A stretch of 64,000 nucleotides of DNA from Eledone cirrhosa (taxonomy: Eukaryota), in NCBI GenBank assembly GCA_964016885.1, contig OZ024748.1, positions 2,480,001-2,544,000 of the forward strand. Reading direction: 5' to 3'. A program made the position numbers and the translations under genes. The notes under the pieces were generated by a model that was not told the DNA's origin, ran no database searches, and was given only the letters and a program-made list of their open reading frames with translations. The first letter of the stretch is position 1. The number at the start of each line of letters is the position of its first letter. Below are positions 58,199-64,000 of the stretch, in pieces.

Positions 58199-58859
58199 TA
58201 CATACATACATGCATGCATACATGATGGCTGCCCCTTCGTTATCGAGTATGGCCATTGCACGATATACCATTATTAATAATTATTAATTAATTCTATCGT
58301 GCAATGCCTGTGCATGAAGATATTTTTTTAAATGAGGAAAGTCTGTGCCCTGAGCCAATCCCACTCTCTGAGCGACAGTAACTATAACCCGAAAAGAAGA
58401 AAATATCAACATCATCGGTAACTACTGAGCTGCAGGTTTTATATCGGAGTTATCCCAGTTTCCTGAGTTGCCTTCTAGAAGAATGCCCTGACAAAGGCTA
58501 GGGGTCCTTCACTTCCAGTGGTTTAACCGCGCATTCGGGTGTCCAGCCCGATTATTTCTATGTCCCCGCACATGTACATACACATGCACCCATATATATA
58601 CACATATACATATACATACATATGTACATGTGTATATACATATTTACACACTTTTGGATGGCCGTTGACTCTTATGAGTTCTTCCGCCCTTTGTCAGGTT
58701 TTGTTTTTTGTCCTGCAGGGTGTCCAAAATCACCCTCCTCACCAAGTAAACTTGGTAGGGTTGCTGGTTTAGTCGCCGACGACCCAACCATGCGACAGGT
58801 TGTACTGTGTTACATGTTACCAATAGCACTCAAGAGTGACCCGACATACATACATACTA

Positions 58860-61295
58860 CATGATGGCTGCAAACTCGTGTTCAAGTATTGCCATCGCCC
58901 GATAAAATGTTCAAAAATGTAAAGCACAAATGTGACTCTTTAAACCAGCCAAATACTTGCACCCTCTGGCACACACATGGCAACTTTAGGCTCCCCCGAA
59001 ACCTTCCGTTGCTTTGTTCTGGCTGTGTGTTCTCATGTATCTTTTAAGACCTCCCATGCTTGTACATTTCTTACACCTTTTCAGATCATAATCTACATGA
59101 GGTCTACTGATATGACTTTGTTCATGTCTAATCAAACCAGCTTTGCTCAGGCTGACTCGACCACAGTGCTGGCAAACCAGATGATGTTCAACAGCAGGCA
59201 GTTCAGAACAGTCTCAATCCTCACCTTCCTTTTCAGTGTTAGGTGTTCTCTCCGACGAGTTTCAAAGTGTTCACCACCTGACTTGATCAAACGTCTCCAC
59301 TTCACATGCTCGTCAGCCATTTTCTCCCATTCGTCAGATGAAATTCCAGCACAAGCCAAGGTGCCCCTGATACAGTCCCGGTACCGCCTTTTTGGTTTAT
59401 GTGGTGGTCGCCTTCCTTCACACAGTTCTCCATAGAGAAGTTGCTTTGGAATACGATCATCAGACATCCAGACCACGTGACTGCACCACCTCAACCGATA
59501 CCGAAAGATTATGCTCTCTATAGTCACGCACCTGCTCCGTTCTAGAACTTCCAAATCACTGGCGAACATTTTCCACCACACCCCAAGTAACTTATGAAGA
59601 GATTGTTGGTGAAATCTCTCCAGATCCTTGAGGTGCTTTCTGTATGTGACCCACGTTTCACAAACAAAGTAAAGAGGAGACGACAAGTCAGATACACTTT
59701 CACCTTGGTTTCGATAGTAATACCTCGTCTGGACCATAAATGTTGATGCAGCCGTCCAAAAGCATCGCTGGCTTTCTTGATTCTTAAGGATATTTCATTA
59801 TCATGCGTGCATGAAGTGTTCAATGTACTACCAAGGTAAACAAACTTGTCAGCAACTTTTAGCCTCTTTCCGTACACACTTGGTGCAGTGTACTTGTTTC
59901 CAGGTACTGGCTGATACATCACAACAGTCTTTTCCAAGAATATTGTGACGCCCAAAGTGCTGCAACAGCAGAAAAAGAGTTCATAATATGCTGCATGTCA
60001 CTTTGTGAGTGTGCAAAAAGATACCAGTCGTCTGCATACAAAAACTCTCGGATTATAGATGTTAATACCTTTTTGCTTGTACCAAAGCGCCTGATGTTGA
60101 ACAACCTTCCTGAAGTGCAATACCTGATGTAAACCCCATGAGAACAATATTTGAATGTCATGAGAAACACTATCATAAAATATAAGGAAAACAGAGTTGG
60201 AGCCGGAATGTCCCCCTGCTTCACTCCATTTTCAACTGATATTGGTTCAGAGATGCTACCACCAATACTGACTCAAGCCTTCATGTCAGCATGGAAAAGA
60301 TGCAGAATCTTCTACTCTACCTTGGATTTTTTCCCCACAATGCAGTTCGATTGATGGTGTCAAAGGCATTTGTCAAGTCAACAAAGATCTGGTAAAAGTC
60401 CATACATTGTTCGATACACTTTTCTTGCAGCTGCCGAGCAGAAAAGATCATATCCACTGTTCCTCTTTCGTTTCTGAACCCACACTGCGACTCAGGCAAC
60501 TCATTCAGAGCAACTCTTGGGATCAATCTATCCATCAATATTCGACACGACTTTACCAACTACTGAAAGAAGTGATATGCCACATTTGTCCTTGCCGTCC
60601 TTTCCTTTATGGAGAATCACCATGAGCGCATCCTTGTGGGACATTTTCATCTTCCCACACCATTTTCATGAGGTCAGTCAGGCGCTGTGTGAAGTTTTCA
60701 CCACCACACTTCAAAACCACTCCACTCAGACCATCCATACCAGGAGACTTACCACAGTTCAGCTTATGCACAACAGAAGTCTCCTCTGCAAGAGAAGATA
60801 CATTAGCCATCTCATATGCTTCACTGGTTCAATAGGAATGGAACAAATGAAATCATCATCAACCTGGGATGGCTGGTTTAAGAGCTCATCAAAGTGATCT
60901 CTCTATCTGTCGAGTGTCTTTTGGGTCGCGCAGTAATTGCTTGCCATCTTTTGATCTCAAAGGGGCCACTGGAGAGCTGAAAGGGCCATACACCTCTGTG
61001 AGTAGAAAGTGCGGCAGTTTCACATTGTTGCCGTCAGATGCCACTTGAAATTCATCTGCTTTGTTGCTCCACCAGGTATTTTGCATAGCCCTGAGTTTCA
61101 CCTGCACTTCTTTACCTGTCTGTAACGCTCATAATTGTCACCAACAGAGATATCACCTTTAAGAACTGCATCAAGTGCCTTTTGTTTTCTGTCTAGCAGA
61201 GCCTTGACCTCCTGGTCATTCTCATCAAACCAGTCCTTGTTTTCTTGTGACAAAGCCTCATAGACCGAGCTCCTGAAGTCCTTCCAGTTGTTCTC
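58860..61295 (-). mobile_element. ~2.4-kb frameshifted RTE (BovB-like) LINE including the RT core
   Basis: KSPGMDG, LPESQCGFRNERGTVDMIFSARQLQEKCIEQ, FVDLTNAFD, KQGDIPAPTLFSLYF, FLYADD, FVYLGS, RIPKQLLYGEL in successive minus-strand ORFs. Confidence 0.92.
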
Positions 61296-62008
61296 ATACA
61301 CGCATACATACTTACATATATACATCCATCCATACATGTATACATACATCCATACGTGTATACATACATACATACATACAATGGTTAAAGTGTTTGACTG
61401 ACGATCATAAGTTCATGGGTTCATGTTTGGGACCGGGTAGTTATTGAATCAACCTGATATCAATGTTTATTATACAGCACACTTCCTCTTTGGTATAATA
61501 TGACACCTAGTAATATCTAACATAGTACCCATCTAATCTGTTATAATATGATTTACCTTTCCTCTGTGAAGACACAGGCTTAGGGGTTACAGTACTGGAC
61601 TAACCATTATAAAGTCATGGGCTCGTTTCTTCGATCCTGCAACATGTTGCGTCCTTCAGTAAAATACTTTAGTTCGTGTAGCATCTTCTACCAGGACTTG
61701 CGGCAGACAGATATCAGTAATAGAAAAACCTTGTTTCATTAGTATGACCTGGAAATCAGTTCCACTCTATTTATCTTCTTTATTAAAGGCAATCAAATTA
61801 TTTTTTATTTTATTCTTTTTCTTATTTTTCCATGTTTGTTAAATAAATTTTTAAAAATCAAACTAAATTGAAATTTTGTAATAAAATTTCCATAAAAGTT
61901 AATGTTTACAATAAAATGTATTGAAGTCGACGAAATGTGGACCTTCATTTTTGAAAGATGGATAATGCTATAAGCAGACCTTACAATATTGTACAACAAT
62001 TTTCCTTT

Positions 62009-62110
62009 GTGCAAAAGTGGGCAGCCGAATTTAGGAAAGGATAGGGGATTCTTGAAGATGACCCAATGTCTGGACGTCCTATAACTGCCACTACCGAGGA
62101 AAACATTGAT
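62009..62110 (+). pseudogene. Mariner transposase N-terminal scrap
   Basis: VQKWAAEFRKG*GILEDDPMSGRPITATTEENID (the DxxRSGRP linker after the first HTH). Confidence 0.75.
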
Positions 62111-64000
62111 CTCAGTACTGCAACACCGATGGAAGAAGTGTGTGGAACGCAAGGGAGACTATATTGAAAAATAAATCTCATTTGGTCGCATTCCACGAGT
62201 ATCTTTGTCAACCTATGACATTTTCAACCCTCGTATCTATGCGCAATATACGTAAATATACAGAATTGCGGTCTGTCATAGACTCGCCAATTAAAACATG
62301 TACCAGTAATATATATGTAACAGAGAAAATAAAAAAATATATTTTTTGGAGTAAATTTGTTGGGGACGTATGCTTAAAAAATAAAAAAAAAACATGTAAA
62401 TTTAACAATTTTTTTACATCATTCAGAGAAAAGTGTAAATAGATTTTCGTTCTACAAGCAGACATACGGAAGTAGAGAGAGAAACCGGAAGTTGACGTAA
62501 ACATTGTAGTTCCGGGCTATAAATAAATAAAAAATTAAATTACGTTCTTCAGTAAATTATATAATTAGTTTATAATAAATTAATTACAATGTTCTTAGTT
62601 TTCTCATAATTACGAAGTGAAAATAATTTTCATACCAATTTCTATTTGGGGGGAGGGGGCAGTTTTAATATAATTTTTTTTACATTTTATTAAATAAATA
62701 TGGTTCTTTTTTTATTTTATCATTATTGTTAAAATTTGGTTTCGAAATAAATTAAATATTATAGTTTGATTATTTAGATAAAATATTCATTTTTTTATAG
62801 AATACCAAATTGTAATTATAATTTAATTAGGAAATTGTGTTTAACTATATTTACTGCGAGTCTAGAGCTGTTGCAATATTCCACGTAAACATGGTCGACT
62901 CTTCAATTCTTGTAAGTTCTATATAAATATATATAATTCTTATATATTTAAATATCTGTGTGTATATATGTATATAGATTCTGATAATGTTTTCTTTATA
63001 GAAAACCCTATGCGTTTGATATTATTGTTGGTATTTTAGTTCAAATTTAATCTTGTTTATTTTCTAGGTGTTCCGTCAGTAACTACTGAAATATATATAT
63101 CCAAATAACTATTCTGTAGCAAAACAACAATAAAACTATGTCTGATAGAAGTGTTTATCGTAGTTTTTAACAAAGGCGTGAATAGTCGTCACAAACCATA
63201 ACCAGATAACTTATTTATTTCAAGATCTATGATCTTGCTTGGGACAAAACTAAGGGAATTGAAATGGACCTCCGTCGGCTTCGACGACGAGTGTTCCTCC
63301 AGTTGTTCGATCAGCGAAACAACATGCTCTTAAAATTAACGCGTATATGGCTGGGCATTAACGTAATTCTCAGGGAGATTCAGCATTATACAGCGCTTGA
63401 CAAAGCCGATTCTTTGCAATGCAAGCCTTGTCAATCCAGCAGGCTTACAAGTAGTCGCCGTTTACCCTATTTCACTGACAACGACATGGGTCGATTTGAT
63501 ACCATAGTAAATAATACTTGCCAGAAATGTGAAGCGATAGTTCTCAACCATTTGACCACACTACATCTGGAGAATTACTTCGTAATTGTTACCGTGACAT
63601 ATGGTCCAGAACTGAGGTGGGTGTGGCCGTCTGGGTGTACAACATTAGGGAGGCCACCTACACCCCATTTTAGAGATAGACGAAGTTATATTGTAGTAAA
63701 GAATTAAGTTATTCTATAAACCGCGCTCGTTATTTTATTATTTCAGTTGTAAATATCACACATTATGTAAGTACAGGTAATATACGAGGGGAATGTCATG
63801 TTTTATGTGCGTAAAAATAACAACTTTGATGAGTTGTCTCCCCTGTCTACTCTTTCACCTCTTCTATACACCCGACTGAGGCCATGTCGGGGTACTGACA
63901 TGTCATTTCTTTTTCATTCCACGTATGGACTACCCCCCCCCCCCGAGTGAGTTGATATAAGGGTGTTGAATTGTAATGGCGTTACCTCCTTCTAAAAGTC

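Noticed and set aside
63264-63707. 147-aa plus-strand ORF
   Set aside because: No recognisable motif, and its 5' part overlaps an interspersed repeat also seen at ~50410-50560

Overview
AT-rich, microsatellite- and transposon-dense animal genomic DNA. The SINE and RTE repertoire suggests an octopus or other cephalopod (inference). Two spliced genes diverge head-to-head about 5.6 kb apart. COPA (coatomer subunit alpha) is on the minus strand: 19 coding exons from the ATG at 19312 down to 116, 724 codons, continuing off the left edge. A dithiol glutaredoxin (CPFC, 106 aa) is on the plus strand in two exons split by a 12.2-kb intron. The rest is tRNA-derived SINEs, truncated RTE and CR1-like LINEs, piggyBac-type and Tc1/mariner-type MITEs, a mariner transposase scrap, CRE-like and Penelope RT relics, and long (TA)n/(TACA)n tracts. 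The most notable signal is a set of short (TA)n-associated elements from several unrelated sequence families. They carry type I hammerhead ribozyme motifs, some complete and with a compensatory stem I change, and are usually fused to an inverted copy that ends at or near the CUGANGA box. Also noted: a frame-preserving partial duplicate of COPA exon 13 with AG/GC borders, and two promoter-like motif clusters with no assigned gene.
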